Shown: piece after piece, positions 63,415 to 64,000 of the stretch | Layout of the letters: each line of letters starts with the position of its first letter | Numbering within the stretch: the stretch's first letter is position 1 | Assembly (NCBI GenBank): GCA_043228905.1 | Contig: JBHGNT010000001.1 | Span: forward strand, 34,038,001-34,102,000 | Direction: 5' to 3' | Length of the DNA: 64,000 nt | DNA from: Azolla caroliniana | Lineage: Eukaryota; Plantae; Polypodiophyta | Program-made: the position numbers and the translations under genes | The notes under the pieces: model-generated | Told to the model about the DNA's origin: nothing | Databases searched by the model: none | What the model saw: the letters and a program-made list of their open reading frames with translations, nothing else

Positions 63415-64000
63415 TGGTCGAATCCTGATATAGCAGAGTTCGCGTCTGTCTGTCTGTCTGTCTGTATCTCTCTCTCTCTCTCTCTCTCTGTCTGTCTACC
63501 TGGATCGTGGAAAGAGGCTTAATTTGTACGGTTTTGGATGAGCCGACCAACGACGAGAGTCTACCCCTCCTCTGCTCTCCATTTCATATTGTCTTAATTC
63601 TTTGATACCAATCTATGTGAACCGACACATCGGGCGGATGCCCCTCTGCGAAGAGCATTGACTTTGACTTTCCGTCGCGATCCCCCTTTGCATAAACCAA
63701 TGCCTCTTCATACCTTGTACAGTGTTGACTTTTCGTTCCCATCCTCGGTCTCCACATGCTTCACACGGACCCAATCCTTCAGTGCCATCTCTCTTGCGAA
63801 CACAATCACGCACGATGCTTGCAATCCCATGTTTGTGTGACTTGCTTGATATTTGCCCATCTTGGCAAACCCTTGGTATCATTAATTAGTTATGCTTCCG
63901 ATTTGTCTTGTGGATTGTAACAATTTACTTGTTTTGGCGGGTCTCTTGGTGATTGGTTTGTCGGGAAAAACTCGTATCCATAGTTTACCATCACAACGAG

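Noticed and set aside
63067-63522. ORFs rich in C/V/Y/H/T (also 10009-10305, 6597-6822, 16890-17404)
   Set aside because: Translations of microsatellite and low-complexity DNA.
63595-63890. TGGTATCAAAG (minus strand, ~63600-63610) as a tRNA-Met PBS, or the TGATACCAA/TTGGTATCA inverted pair as TIRs
   Set aside because: Imperfect PBS with no adjacent LTR ending in CA and no gag downstream. The inverted match is only 9 bp with no clear TSD.

Overview
AT-rich, intron-containing eukaryotic DNA from a land plant (probably a non-seed plant such as a fern or lycophyte; that placement is inference). It is not prokaryotic: there are no operons, CRISPR arrays, rRNA or tRNA genes. By joining GT-AG exons by hand I reconstruct 11 protein-coding genes. 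In order: 3' end of a TEX30/KANSL3-like alpha/beta hydrolase (+), ARP7 (-), a small J-domain protein (+), a GTE1/GTE6-like bromodomain-ET protein (-), a single-C2-domain protein (-), Pol I/III subunit AC40 (+), a DUF1664 protein (-), mitochondrial-type ribosomal protein L32 (-), an SCI1-like protein with a long C-terminal extension (+), an intronless GC-rich PNGase A-like gene (-) and a phytochelatin synthase (-). Non-coding space holds two LINE relics, at least four short hAT-type non-autonomous elements with 8-bp TSDs, many microsatellites and about nine local 55-300 bp tandem duplications. The best leads are the PNGase A-like gene (a GC island whose conserved QFDR Asp is replaced by Gly), an antisense tandem array of acceptor/micro-exon/donor units inside the RPL32 intron, an in-frame candidate cassette exon in the DUF1664 gene, and a PCS lacking the distal C-terminal Cys cluster. 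All family assignments are from recalled motifs, not database searches.
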